Origin: the human T2T-CHM13v2.0 reference genome, Homo sapiens
NCBI RefSeq assembly: GCF_009914755.1
Contig: NC_060947.1
Strand: one strand, 5' to 3'
DNA: 64,000 nucleotides
Of this stretch, positions 1 to 13,240 are shown in pieces. A program made the position numbers and the translations under genes. Numbering within the stretch: position 1 is the first letter of the stretch; every line of letters starts with the position of its first letter. The notes below the pieces were generated by a model that saw only the letters and a program-made list of their open reading frames with translations, ran no database searches and was not told where the DNA came from.

Positions 1-101
1 TGAAATAATCTGTATAACAAACCCTCGTGACACAAATTTACCAACATACTAAACCTGTACATGTACCCCAAAACCTAAAGTACAAGTTAAATTTTAAAAA
101 A
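1..101 (+). mobile_element. L1 3' terminus (L1PA/PB-type) with A-rich tail; element continues left of the window
   Basis: 'ataatctgtataacaaaccctcgtgacac...aaacctgtacatgtaccccaaaacctaaag' matches the L1 3'UTR end. Confidence 0.8.
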
Positions 102-1250
102 TACCAATGTCATTTTCCTAAAATTCACGTGGAACCAAAAAGGAGCCTGAATAGCCAAGGCAATCCTAAGCAAAAAGAACAAGGGCAGAGGTATCACAAT
201 ACTGATCCCAAATTATACATCAGAGGTACACTAACGAAAACAATAAGAAACTGGTGTTAAAACAGACACAGAGATCAGTGGAACAGAATAGAGATCCCAG
301 AAATAAAGCCATATACATACAGCCAACTGATGTTTAACAAAGTTGACAAAAACATACACTGGGGAACGGACAGCCACCCTCTTCAATGGTGCTGGGAACA
401 TTGGATTACCATATGCCGAAGAATGAAACTGGATCCCTGTCTCTCACCATATGAAAAAACTAGCTCCAGATGGATTAACGAGTTAAATGTAACACCTGAA
501 ATTATAAAAATATCCGAAGAAAACCCAGGAGAAACTCATCTGGACATTTGTCTAAGCAATTAATTCATGACTAAGTCCTCAAAAGCACAAACAACAAAAA
601 CAGAAATAGACAAATGGGAATTAAACTGAAAAATTTGGCACAGAAAAATAAATAATCTACAGAGTGAACAGACCACTGGCAGAGTGGGAGAAAATATTTG
701 CAAACTCTGCATCCAACAGGGGATTGATAGTCATAATTTATAAGAAACTTAAACAACTCAACAACAAATAAAAAAAAGACCCCATTAACAAGCAGGTAAA
801 GGACATGAATAGACACTTTTGAAAAGAAGACATACAAATGGCAAACAAGCATGTGAAAAAATGCTTAATGTCACTATTCATCAGACAAATTCAAATTAAT
901 ACCATAATGAGATATTATCTTATACCAGTCAGACTGGCTATTTTTAAAAAGGAAAAAAAGATAACAAATGTTGGTGAGTATATGTAGAAAGGAAATGCTT
1001 ATACACTGTTAGTGGGTGTGTAAATTAGTACGATTTATATGGAAACAGTATGGAAATTTCTCAATGAACTAAAAATAGAACTACCATTCAATCCAGCAGT
1101 CCCACAACTGGGTATCTACCAAAAGGAAAAGGAATTATTATATCAAAAATATACCTACACTTATATGTTTATTGCAGCACTAGTCACGATAGCAAAGATA
1201 TGGAATCCACCTAAATGTCCATCAATGAATGAGTGGATAAAGAAAATATG
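102..1250 (+). mobile_element. Older L1 (L1PB/L1MA-like) ORF2 C-terminal region, left part of an interrupted element
   Basis: Broken ORF2 peptides (QWCWEHWITICRRMKLDPCLSPY; ELPFNPAVPQLGIY; KCPSMNEWIKKIW); sequence resumes at 8285. Confidence 0.9.
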
Positions 1251-1777
1251 GTAGCGATGAGTGGCCAAGATGGCCAACTAGAAGCAGCTAGTGTGTGTGG
1301 TTCTCACAGAGAGGAACAGAGAGGAAGAGAAACTGCCAGTAAACACAACATCTTCAACTGTAACATCCAGGTACTCACATTGGAATTGATCCAGGAAACA
1401 ACTTGACCCACAGAGAATGAAGAAAAGCAAGACCGGAAAACAGCCCACCTGGGAGCAACATGGAGCCTTGCCCAGGGAAGTGGTGAATGAATGAGCGACC
1501 CTGGGAAACCACACTTCTCCCATAGATCTTTGCAACACTCAGGTCAGGATATGTCCTTGTGAACCCAGTCCACCAGGACCTTCAGTCTTCAGTCTGACAG
1601 ACAGAGCTACATGGAGCTCTGAGCAGCTGCTCAGGCATGTGTTGGAGACCCTGGAGCCTTAAATACTTGGGCTTACTGGCAAAGGTAGCTGCAGCTCCTG
1701 CAAAGTGGAGGTTAGACTATGGTACATACCCCTAGGAAAGAGGCTGAATCCAGGGGGCTGAGAAGCAACAGCCTGCA

Positions 1778-1857
1778 GGCCCCACTTCCAAGGCACGTCA
1801 CAATATAAGACCCACTGGCCCCACTTCCAAGGCACGTCACAATATAAGACACACTGG
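1778..1857. repeat. 39-bp tandem duplication in the L1 5'UTR
   Basis: ggccccacttccaaggcacgtcacaatataagac(c/a)cact twice, starting at 1778 and 1817, one mismatch. Confidence 0.95.
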
Positions 1858-3200
1858 TTTGGAATTCCAGCCAGCTACCAGGAGTGGCATTGCACCTCCC
1901 TAAGAAGGAGCTCCTTGGTGGAGGGGCAGGCCACCATCTTTGCTACTGGGGCACCTTAGTAGTTCCAGCCATCAGGCTTTGAAGATTCTGAGCTGACCCA
2001 GGGCAGAAGGGATCCCCAAGCATAGCACAGCTGATCTACCAAAACATGGTCAGACTGCTGTTTTAAGTGGGTGCCTGATCCTATTTATCCTCACTGAGAA
2101 GGACCTCCCAACTACGGTCTCCAGCCACTTCCTACAGGTGCTTTTGGAACAGCAACAGGTTTGTACCTCCCTGGGATAAATCTCCCAGAGGGAGGGACAG
2201 GCTATCATCTTTGCTGTTTTGCATCCTTCACTGATGACACCTCTGGGTTCTGGAAAATCCCAGGTGACTAGAGACTGGAGCGGGCCCCAAGCATACTGCA
2301 GCAGCCCTAAGGAAAAGTGGCCAGATTGTTACATGCGTGCCTGTTCCCATATCTCCTCATCTGGCAGGCCCTCCAGCCTGTGCTTCCAGCCACCCCCCGC
2401 CAGAGCTGTTGAGCCAGTACAAACTCAGCAACTCCCTGGACAGAGCCTCCAAAGGCAACTGAAAACCTCTCTGCCGCTGCCTCTGCTGTGGAACTGTCCT
2501 TGCCACCCCCAGACTAATGAAGAAGCAAAGACCCTAAGTGCTTTATCCACATCTCCAACAAGCTACAGACACAAGGAGAGGCCAGTCAGTCTCCCCCATG
2601 CCCCACACAACTTTCACGGTTCATAACCAGACAGTAAACCCCTGGCTTGGGCTCAAAGCACAAACCTTCTCTCTTGGGCTGACTGGATGGAGTGATTGCT
2701 TACACCTGCATCTCTCTCTGCGGTAGATCCCCCAAGAGTCAAGCAAAATAACCCTTGGCCACAATCACCAAGATCTCTTCATCTGCTGCCTCTGAGCTGG
2801 GGAAGGAACATAAACACTGAGATCGCCTAGGAACTGCAGTGGGCAGCTAAGGAGTGCCAAGTCATGAACTACAGCAAGCACTCAAGGGGGAGAGGAAGCC
2901 ACCCTTTCAGAGCACGAGAGGGAACACAGCTGCAACTGTGAGGAAACATAGGGGAGCCACACAACCAAGCAAGGGTCTACCAACTGACCAGTAAGGCTAA
3001 GTGTCACCTGCTGGATCACATCCCAAAGCTTCAACCCCAACAATACTTTACTAACATTTCCCCATCTGAAACCAGAGACAAAAAGTCAGCTTCAAATAAA
3101 GACTCTACACAAAGCCTTGGCCTGGTGAAAACATCCAAAAAAGAAGTCTATTGACTGTATTCAATTTACACTGCAATTAAAGGAACAATCACACACAGAG

Positions 3201-4214
3201 ATGAGAAAGAACCAGCCTAAGAACTCTAATAACTAAAATGGCCAGAGTGTCATATATTCTCCAAATGATCACACCAGCCCTCCAACAAGAGTTCTTAACA
3301 AGGCAAAACTGCCTGGAATAACAGAAATAGAATTCAGAATATGGATAGGAACAAAGATCATTGAGATTTAGGAGGATGGCAAAACCCAATCCCAGGACAA
3401 TATGAATCACAATAAAGTGATACAGGAGCTGAAGGACAAAACAGTCAGTGTAAAGAAGAACCTAACGTGTCAGGCAGAGCTGAATAACACAATGGAAGAA
3501 TTTCACAATGCAGTCACAAGTGTTAGCAGCAGAATAAACCAAGTTGATAAAAGAATCCTGGAACTTGAAGACTGGTTCTCTGAAATAAGACAGTCAGACA
3601 AAAATAAAGAAAGAAAATAAAAATGAATGACAAGAATCTCCAGGAAATATGGGATTATGTAAAGAGGCAAAATCTACGAATCATTGGCACCCCTGAAAGG
3701 GAAGGGGAGAAGCAAACAACTTGGAATATATATTTCAGAAGATTGTTCATGAAAACTTCCCAACCTTGCTAGAGAGGCCAACAGTCAAATTCAGCAAATA
3801 CAGAGAACTTCTGCAAGATTCTATACAAGAAGATACTCCCCAAGACACATAACCATCTGATTTTCCAAGATTGAAATGAAAGAAAGAATGTTCAACACAC
3901 CTGAGGAAAAAGGGCGGGTAACCTACAAAGGGATTCCCATCAGGCTAACAGCAGACCTCTCAACTGAAATCCTACAAGTCTTAAGAGATTGGGGGCCTAT
4001 ATTTATTCAACATTCTTAAAGAAAAAAATCTTCAACCAATAATTTCATATCCAGCCAAATGTAGCTTCCTAAGTGAAGGAGAAATAAGATCCTCTTCAGA
4101 TAAGCAAATTTTGAGGGACTTTATTACCACTAGAAGTGTCTTACAAGGGATCTTGAAAGGACCACTAAATATAGAAAGGAAAGATCACTACCAGCTAAGA
4201 CAAAAACACACTTA
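3201..4214 (+). pseudogene. L1 ORF1p remnant (stops and frameshifts)
   Basis: ATG 3201 'atgagaaagaaccag'; coiled-coil peptide ...SRINQVDKRILELEDWFSEIRQSDKNKERK* in the ORF track. Confidence 0.85.
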
Positions 4215-4284
4215 AACACACAGACCAGTGTTACTGTAAAGCAATCACACAAACAAGCCAACATAGTTACCAGCTAACAGCATA

Positions 4285-7200
4285 ATGACAATATCAAATC
4301 CACACATATCAATACTAACCTTGAATGTAAATGGGCTAAATGCCCCACTTAAAAGGTACATAGTGGTAAGCTGGATAAAAAAGCAAGACCCCATAGTATT
4401 CTGTCTTCGAGAGATCCACCTCACGTCATGACACTCATAGGCTCAAAATAAAGGGATGTAGAAAAATCTATCAAGCAAATGGAAAACAGAAAAAAACAGG
4501 AGTTGCAACTCTAATTTCAGAAATACAGATTTCCAACCAATAAAGATAAAAAAAAGACAAGGAAGAGCATTACATAATGGTAAAGTGTTCAATTCAACAA
4601 GAAGAGCTAACTATCCTAAATATATATGCACCCAACACAGGAACATCCAGATTCAGAAAGCAAGCTCTTAGAGACATACAAAGAAACATAGACTCCCACA
4701 GAATAAGAGTGGGAGACTTCAACACTCCACTGACAGCATTAGATAGATCATTGAGGAAGAAAATGAACAAACATACTGAGGACATAAACTCAGCATTGGA
4801 CCAAATGGATCTGATAGACCTTCACAGAATTCTTCACCCTAAAACAACAGAATATTCATTCTTCTCATTGCCACATGGCACATACTCTAAAATCAATTAA
4901 GTAATTGAACATAAAACAATCCCCAACAAATGGAAAAGAACCAAAATCATTCCAAACACCTTTTCAGACCACAGCTCAATAAAAATAGAAATCAACACAA
5001 TGAAAATCTCTAAAAAACATACAATTATATGAAAATTAAACAACATGCTCCTGAAAGATTTGTGGTAAATAATGAAATTAAGACAGAAATCAATAAGTTC
5101 TTTAAAAATAATGAGAACAAAGATGCAACATACCAGAATCTCTGGGACACATAGAAGGCAGTGTTAAGAGGGAAATTCATAGCACTAAATGCCCACATAA
5201 AAAAGTTAGGAAGATTTCAAATTAACAATCTAATTTCACAACAGAATGAATTAGAGAAGCAAGAACTGATCAACCCCAAAACTAGCAAAAGATGAGAAAT
5301 AACAAAAATCAGAGCTGAACTGAAGGGAACTGAGGCCCATAAAAGCCATTCAAAAGATCAGTGAATCCAGGAATTGTTTTTTTTTTTTTTTTGAAAAAAA
5401 TAAAATAAAATAGGCCACTAGCCAGACTAATTAAGAAAGAAAGAGAGAAGATCCAAATAAACACAATTAGAAATGAGGAAGGGAATGATACTACTGACCC
5501 CACAGAAATCAAAACAACAATCAGAAGCTACTACAAACATTTCTACACACACAAACTAGAAAACCTAGAAGATATGGATAAGTTCCTGGACACATACAAC
5601 CTCCCAAAGCTGAGCCTGGAAGAAATTGATTCCCAGAACAGACCAATAACGAGCTCTGAAATTGAATCAGTAATAAGCCTACCAACCAAAAAAAGCCCAG
5701 GACCTGATGGAATCACAGCCACATTCTACCAGATGTACAAAGAAGAGCTCACACAATTTCTGCTGAAATTATTTCAAACAACTGAAGAGGAGGGACTCCT
5801 CCCCAGCTTATTCTAAGAGACCGTCATCATCCTGAAACCAAAACCTGGCAGACACACAACAAAAAAGAAAACTTCAGGTGAATATCCTTGATGAATATTG
5901 ATGCAAAAAAAAACCTCCACAAAAATATTTGCAAACCAAATCTTGCAACACATCAAAAAGCTAATCCACATAATCAAGTAGGCTTCATCCCCAGGATGCA
6001 AGGTTGGTTCAACATACAAAAATCAATAAATGTGATTCATCACATAAACGGAACTAAAGACAAAAACCAAATGATTATCTCTATAGACGTAGAAAAGGTT
6101 TTTGATAAAATTCAACACTTCTGCATGTTAAGAACTCTCAATGAAGTAGGTTTTGAAGGAACATACTTCAAAATAATAAGAACCTTCTATGACAAACCCA
6201 CAGTAAACATTATACTGAACGTGCAAAAGCTGGAAGTATTCTCCTTGAAAACTGGAACAAGACAAGGATGCCCTCTTTCATCACATCTATTCAACATAGT
6301 ATTGGAAGTCCTAGCCAGAGCAATCAGGCAAAGGAAAGAAAAAAGGGAATCTGAATAGGAAGAGAGGAAGTCAAACGATCTCTGTTTGTGGACGATATGA
6401 TTCAGCTGACACATAACTTCAGCAAAGTTGCAGGATACAAAATCAATGTACAAAAATTACTAGAGTTCCTATACACCAACAACAGCCAAACTGAGAGCCA
6501 AGTCAGAAAGACAATCCCACTTATAATTGTCACAAGAAATTAAAATACCTAGGAATACAGCTAACTAGGGAGGTGGAAGATCTCTGCAATGAGGACTACA
6601 AAACACTGTTCAAATAAATCAGAGAAGACACAAATGGATGGAAAAACATTCCTTGCCCATGGATAGGAAGAATCAACATAATTAAAATGGCTAGACTGCC
6701 CAAAGCAATGTACAAATTTAACACTATTCCTATCAAACTACCAACAACATTCTTCACAGAACTAGAAAAAAATAAATTTATATGGAACCAAAAAAGAGCT
6801 GGAATAGCCAAGGAAATTCTAAGCAAAAAGAACAAAGCTGGAGAAATCACATTACCTGACTTCAAACTATACTACAAGGCTACAATGACCAAAACAGTGT
6901 GGCACTGGTACAAAAACAGGTGCATAGACCAATGGAACAAAATAGAGAGTGCAGAAATAACAGTGAATATCTATGACCATCTGATCTTTGACATAGCTGA
7001 CAAAAACAAGCAATGGGGAAAAGACTCCCTATTTCATAAATGGTGCTGGGATAACTGGGCTAGTCATATGGAGCAGATTGAAGCTGGACCCCTTCCTTAA
7101 AGCATATACAAAAATTAACTCAATATGGATTAATGACTTAAATGTATAACCAAAAACTATAAAAACCCTGGAAGACAACCTAGGCAATACCATCCTGGAC

Positions 7201-8050
7201 CTAGGAATGGGCAAAGATTTCATGAGAAGGACACCAAAAGCAAGCAGAACAAAAGCAAGCATTAACAAATGAGATCTAATTAAACTTCAAAGCTTCTGCA
7301 CAGCAAAAGAACCTATCAACAGAGTAAACAGACAACTTACAGAAAAGGAGAAAATATTTGCAAACTATGCATCTGACAAAATTCTAATATCCAGCATCTA
7401 TAAGGGACTTAAACAAATTTACAAGATAAAAACAACCCCTCTAAAAAGTGGGCAAAGGACATGAACAGACACTTTTCAAAAGAAGACATACATGCAGCGA
7501 ACAAGCATATGAAAAAACAACTCTATATCACTGATCATTATAAAAATGCAAATCAAAATTAAAATGCAAATCAAAATGGGTATCATGAAAAAGAAAAAAA
7601 ATTAACATATGCTGGCAAGGTTACAAAGAAGAGGGAACACTTATACACTGTTGATGGGAGTGTGAATTAGTTCAATCTTTGTAGAAAGCAGTATGGGGAT
7701 TCCTCAAAGAGCTAAAAGCAAAACTACCATTTGACCCAGCAATGCTATTACTGGGTATATACCCAGAAGAATATAAAGCATTCTACCAGAAAGGCACATG
7801 CATGCAAATGTTCACTGCAGCACTGTTCACAATGCTAGAGACATGGAATCAACTTAAATGTCCATCAATGATGGACTGGATAAAGAAAATGTGGTATATA
7901 TACCCTACAGAATATTATGCAGCCATAAAAAGGAACAAGATCATGCCTTTTTGGGGAAAATGGATGAAACTGGAGGCTATCATCCTTAACAAACTAAGGC
8001 AGGAACAGAAAACCAAATACTGCATGTTTTCACTTCTAAGTGAGAGCTAA
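4285..8050 (+). pseudogene. L1 ORF2p (endonuclease/reverse transcriptase) remnant
   Basis: EN motifs ILNIYAPNTG and VGDFNTPL; RT motif GTRQGCPLS; FADD changed to FVDD at 6385-6396; C-terminus ...MFSLLSES*; many stops and frameshifts. Confidence 0.9.
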
Positions 8051-8284
8051 ATGATAGGAACTTATGAACACAAAGAAGGGAACAGCAGACACTGAGGTCT
8101 ACTTTAGGGGAGAGGGTGGTGGAGGATATGAGCAAAAAAGATAACTATTGAGTACTGTGATTGATACCTGGGTGATGTAATAATATGTACAACAAACCCC
8201 CATGACATATGTTTATCTGTGTAACAGACTTTCTCATGTACCCCCAAGCCTGAAATAAAAAGTTTAAAAAAGAAATAAAATATG

Positions 8285-8658
8285 ATTTACACATACAACA
8301 TGGGATACTATTTAGCTGTAAGAAAGAATGACATGTCTTTTGCAGCAACATGCGTAGAACTGGAGGCCATTACTTTAAGTGCAACAAGTCAGAAATGAAA
8401 ATTCAAACACTGCATGTTCTCACTTATAAGTGGGAGCTAAATGACATGTATACATGCGCATAGAGTGTAAAGTAATAGTCATTGGAGATTCAGAAGGGTG
8501 GGAGGGCAGGTAGGGGGTGAGGGTTGAGAAATTACTTAATGGGTACAATACAAACTGTTCGGATGATTGTTACACTAAAAATCCAGAGTTCACCAATACA
8601 CAATATATCCATAAAACTGCACTGGTAACCCTTAAATATATACTTTTATTTTAAAAAA
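8285..8658 (+). mobile_element. Right part (ORF2 end and 3'UTR) of the host L1 interrupted at 1250
   Basis: Continues 'acatacaacatgggatactatttagc...ttctcacttataagtgggagctaa'. Confidence 0.85.
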
Positions 8659-10093
8659 ATGGAGTTAAATATAAGACCTGACATGACAAAACTGATAGAA
8701 GAAAACATAGGGAAAAAATTTCTTGATATTGGTCTTGGCAATGATTTCTTGGATATGACACCAAAAGCATGGGTAACACAAGCAAACATGAAGTGGTACT
8801 ATATCAAACTAAAAAGCTTCTACACAGCAAAGAAAGCAATCAACAGAGTGAAAGGGCAACCTACGGAATGGAGGAATATGTTTTCAAATCATATATATAA
8901 CAAAGGGTTAGTATACAAAATATATAAGGATATCCTGCAACTCAATAACAAAAAATAAACGCTAAAAGCCAAGACCTTATCTCTATGCAATATATGGATG
9001 TATGAAACTGACACTTATACATCCTAAATATATTTAAATAAATAAATATATATATAGGCAACAGAGCTGAAAATATTTTTTTTCTTGAAATAAGACATAC
9101 AAATGACCAACAGGTATATGAAAAAACATGTTCAACATCACTAATCATCAGGGAAATGCAAATCAAAACCGTAATGAGATATCACCTCACACTTGTTAAT
9201 AGGACTATTATTTTTAAAAATATATATAAGAAATATTGGTGAAAATGTGGATTAAGAGAACGTTTGCACAATTATATTGGTGAGAATGTAAACTGGTTTA
9301 GCCAGTATGGAAAACAGTATGTTGGTTTCTCAAAAAATTAAAAATAGAACTATCATACCATCCAACGATCCCACTTCTGAATATATATGAGGTAAAATCA
9401 TAATCTTAAAGAAATATCTGCACTCCCGTGTTCATTGCTGCTTTATTAACAATAGCCAATATATTAAAAACCCTAAATGACCAACAATGGATGAATGGAT
9501 TTAAAAAACCTGGTATTTATATATTATATACAACGGAATTTTATTCAGCTTTTACAAAGAATGAAATCTTCCCATTTGTGACAACATGAATAAACCTGAA
9601 GCATGATATGCTAAATGAAATAAGTCATACAGAGGGACAAACACCATGACACCACTTATATGATGAATCTAAAATAGTCAAACTCATGGAAGCAGATATT
9701 AGAATGGTGGTTGTCGTGCACTGAGGAGAAGAGGAAACAGGGTGCTATTAGTTGAGATGAGCAAAGTTTCAGATGTACAAGATGAATAAGTCCTAGAGAT
9801 CTACTGTACAGCATAGTGTCTATAGTTAACAATACTGTATTGTATACTTAAAACTTTGCTAAGAGGGTAGGTCTTATGTTACATGTTTTTATCACACAAA
9901 CAACAACAATAATATATAAAGTGGACAGGCAGAAACTTATGGAGGTTTATGGTATAGACTATGGTAATGGTCTCATGGATATATACATATGTCCAAACTC
10001 ATCAAGTTCATGCAGTATATATTTACAGCTTTTTGTATCTGAACCATACCTCAGTAAAGTAGTTTTTAAAAAAGAAAATAACAAATCAAATAA
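8659..10093 (+). mobile_element. L1MA-type (about L1MA9/10) ORF2 3' part and 3'UTR
   Basis: Peptide IEENIGKKFLDIGLGNDFLDMTPKA; 3'UTR 'aataagtcctagagatctactgtacagcatagtg'. Confidence 0.85.
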
Positions 10094-10863
10094 CTTAATA
10101 AATATGTTTAAATTATAAAAAGAAGAGTGTAGAGTACCATAAGGGCTATACATTATGACTTGGTCAATAATTACAGTGACTAGACATTGAGGCAATAATG
10201 AAATTAAGTGAACAAGAATAGAAGGCATTGAGGATACAGAAGTAAATGCTCAGTTATCGGTAAGTGCAAAATGTGAATGTTTTCCCAGTAACATTGAATC
10301 TCTGCCTTTCCAAACCAATTTCAATGATTTAAATATATGTAATTTGAACATAATGTAAATGTGTTATTTTCAGATTCAGTGACTGAAAAGGACAACTTTT
10401 ATACTTTTAGGTGTATGTGTGACTTTTTACCTATATTGTAGCACTTTCACTTTTAAATGCATGTTTTCATTTTCATCTAACTTACTATTTTCTAGTTGTC
10501 CGGTGCAAGTTGAAATTTTGGTTCCCAAGTAAAATTTAACTAAGTAACTCCTGAATCAGCTTTATGTATTGCCCTTTTTATGTATCATTCCAGACCTGCA
10601 TTTTGAGAACTTGTGGCCAGGTGCTAAACTGCTATTCTAAATCTATCAGTGTTACACTGAGAAGCTTCCTGAGGATAAGAATTTAATTGAACAGTTGAAT
10701 AAAAGGCCAAATTGCTATGAAAAATTCATATGAACCAAAACATCTTTTCCACTGCTTTCCTATCCTTGAGTATAGTTTTATCTGAAGACACAGATATTCA
10801 GGTGCTGTACTGAAGACTAAACAAATAGGATTTAAGAGTTTCATAAGCTTAAAGTCACTGCAA

Positions 10864-11011
10864 TTATGGTATAAATTATGGTGATGGTTTCATGGGTATA
10901 AACTTAGCTCCAAGCTCATCAAGTTGTACACATTATATATGTACAGATTTTTGTATCTCAATTGTACCTCTGTAAAGTAGTTTTTTAAAAATAAAATAAA
11001 AAATCAAATAA
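10864..11011 (+). mobile_element. Isolated L1MA 3'-terminal fragment
   Basis: Colinear with 9947-10093 ('ttatggtata...ctcatcaagtt...gtaaagtagttttt...aaatcaaataa'). Confidence 0.75.
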
Positions 11012-13117
11012 ATTTTTTCTGCACCATGAGGCAATACAAAATATATGTTATATAGGCTATACCTCTAAACTTTGAATAAAGTGTAAGGAGCTATATAAAA
11101 GACAACAAAAAATGCATGACCATATGTGGTAAGGAGATCGTATCCTTTAGAGATTTTTTTTTTAACTCATGTGTGAGCTACTTTAGGACTTTAACAAATA
11201 CATCTAGGTTCCATCAGGAAACTTGGTCTTCTGCTCCATATCTTCACCTAAATAACTGACCTATAATGGTTCAATCTGAGACTCAGTTTCCTCATCTGCA
11301 AACTGAAGAATTAAACTAGCTTCTAAATCTTTTGTACGAATTAAAAATATGTGGGGAGTCTGGCTCATTAATTCTCTTAATATCATCATAGGAGACAAAC
11401 ATTTTACAACGAATTTTCTTTATCTGTGAGAGGGTTTAGATATTTGTATACCTTTAGTTTTCAGAGTTAGGAAGCATATATTGTTCACTGAAATCCATTA
11501 TTTACCCTACAAATAATAAAATACCTATTAATTCAGTAATTATCATAGCCAGGATTCAGTTCTGAGGAGCCAATGTAAATTCTGGAAACTTATTGATACA
11601 GTTTTGATTATGAGGCACCCAGTCATGGTGATCCTAAGCAATGTCCATTTGTTTAAATCATTGCCATCATATTTTCTGTCTAGACATACCCTTTGGGAGC
11701 TGAATGGGTTATCTGGGGGACTGGAATTTTATAAAGCTAAACTAGATGTGGCAAGAAAATCTCTTTGGCCATCAAGATAATGTACAAATGTATATCATCA
11801 GTTTAGATACTAAGGAAATTTCCCTTCAGATTTTTTCTTTGCGATGATTTAGAGACAATCTAATGTGATGAAAAGTTTGCTTCATTACGAGTTTTCTATG
11901 CATCATAAGGAGTACAGAATGGCAAAATAGAACCTTAGTTATTCTACCAAACACACAGTTAGACGGTTTAGGCTGTATTTACCTCAGCTTACATATTTGA
12001 TAAGGATTCACCTTACCTCTTAGAATCAGGATCTTCTAATGACAGTTATGTTTCTTTTTTGAAAAACCAATATTTGCCTTCTTTTCCTTGAATCACGTTT
12101 TTATGGTAGGATGAATTTTACTGAATTCTGAAATAATCCTTCAAAATCTACCAGATTTTTCTTTTTGGCCCATGGTAGCAGTGTACCAGTAGATGATTAG
12201 GGACATTATCTAAAAATAATTAAGTTGAATTCACTAGACTTTTTGGAGGACATCGTTGGAGTATGGATTGTTCTGGTACTTTTAGTACTTGTTTCCTTAT
12301 ATATGGTTGTGTTGCTGTCTGATATAGACTTCCTAGGAGAAATAATTTCAAACTTGCATATTCACTTTTTAATCTATGGCCATTACCCCACACCCCACCT
12401 CTTTATACCATTATGCTGAGAGCTTTATTTTAATATCTGACTTTTATTAATACAAAAGATTATAACTATACTACAGACGCTGGCTATATAGGTACATGCC
12501 ATATTTTCATTCATTTGGTCCCTCAGTGTATAAGTATTAGGCAGATAAAAAGGTAGAAAGAATACCTGAAGTCTTTTCCTTCTTCTCCCCCTCCCTGCTA
12601 AGCTGATCCTCATAGGCTAGGCAGCCTATCCTTTATAAAAGTGCCAGCAAGGATATGCACTAGAAAAGGGTTCCTTTAGATATGCACTAATGAGGATACA
12701 CACTCAAAGCGGTTTCATTTAGAATTTCAGAGTGCTCCCACTGACAATGTTGTTTTAGATGGAATTTACTACATAGTGAATTCTGTCCAAAATAACTGTC
12801 CAAAACTCTTAGCAGACAAAAGAATACATTAGCAAGAGTCTTGGAATTTTTTAAACTATTTGCATTTTACTATCTTTGTTTTATTTGTGTTTCAAATTGG
12901 GGATCAGATATATATTTAATATATATTTTTCTAAATTTATAAACTATTCATTGTAGCATGAAGGAATTATAAGAATTGAAAGTTACATTGTTAAAAATAT
13001 TAACAAATTCAAGTTAATTTTGGTTTGTGCTATGTAGCATAGCTCTGTTAAATAAATTTATCCAGCTTTCAATTACATTAAGAAATGATCCCCATTTTAC
13101 AAAGGATCATCCATAGC

Positions 13118-13215
13118 TCAAGCCTCAGTATCATGCAATATTTTCATGTGAAAAGCCTGCACTTGTACCCCCAAATCTAAAATAAAAGTTGAAATTATTA
13201 ATATAAATAAATAAA
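13118..13215 (+). mobile_element. L1 (L1MA-type) 3' tip with polyA signal and A-rich tail
   Basis: 'agcctcagtatcatgcaata...cctgcacttgtacccccaaatctaaaataaaagttgaaatt...aaataaataaa'. Confidence 0.75.
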
Positions 13216-13240
13216 TGGAATGGAATAATTCTGCTTTTAG

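Larger units (their letters stand above)
1251..8272 (+). mobile_element. Full-length (~7 kb) degenerate L1 (old L1PA, about L1PA13-16) with 5'UTR, ORF1, ORF2 and 3'UTR
   Basis: 5'UTR start 'gtggccaagatggccaactagaagcagc'; ORF1 and ORF2 remnants; 3'UTR and AATAAA at ~8254; TSD aaagaaaatatg (1239-1250) / aaataaaatatg (8273-8284). Confidence 0.93.

Noticed and set aside
4285-8050. Active reverse transcriptase or novel retro-system
   Set aside because: It is ordinary L1 ORF2 broken by many stops and frameshifts, with an FVDD motif change and a deletion right after it
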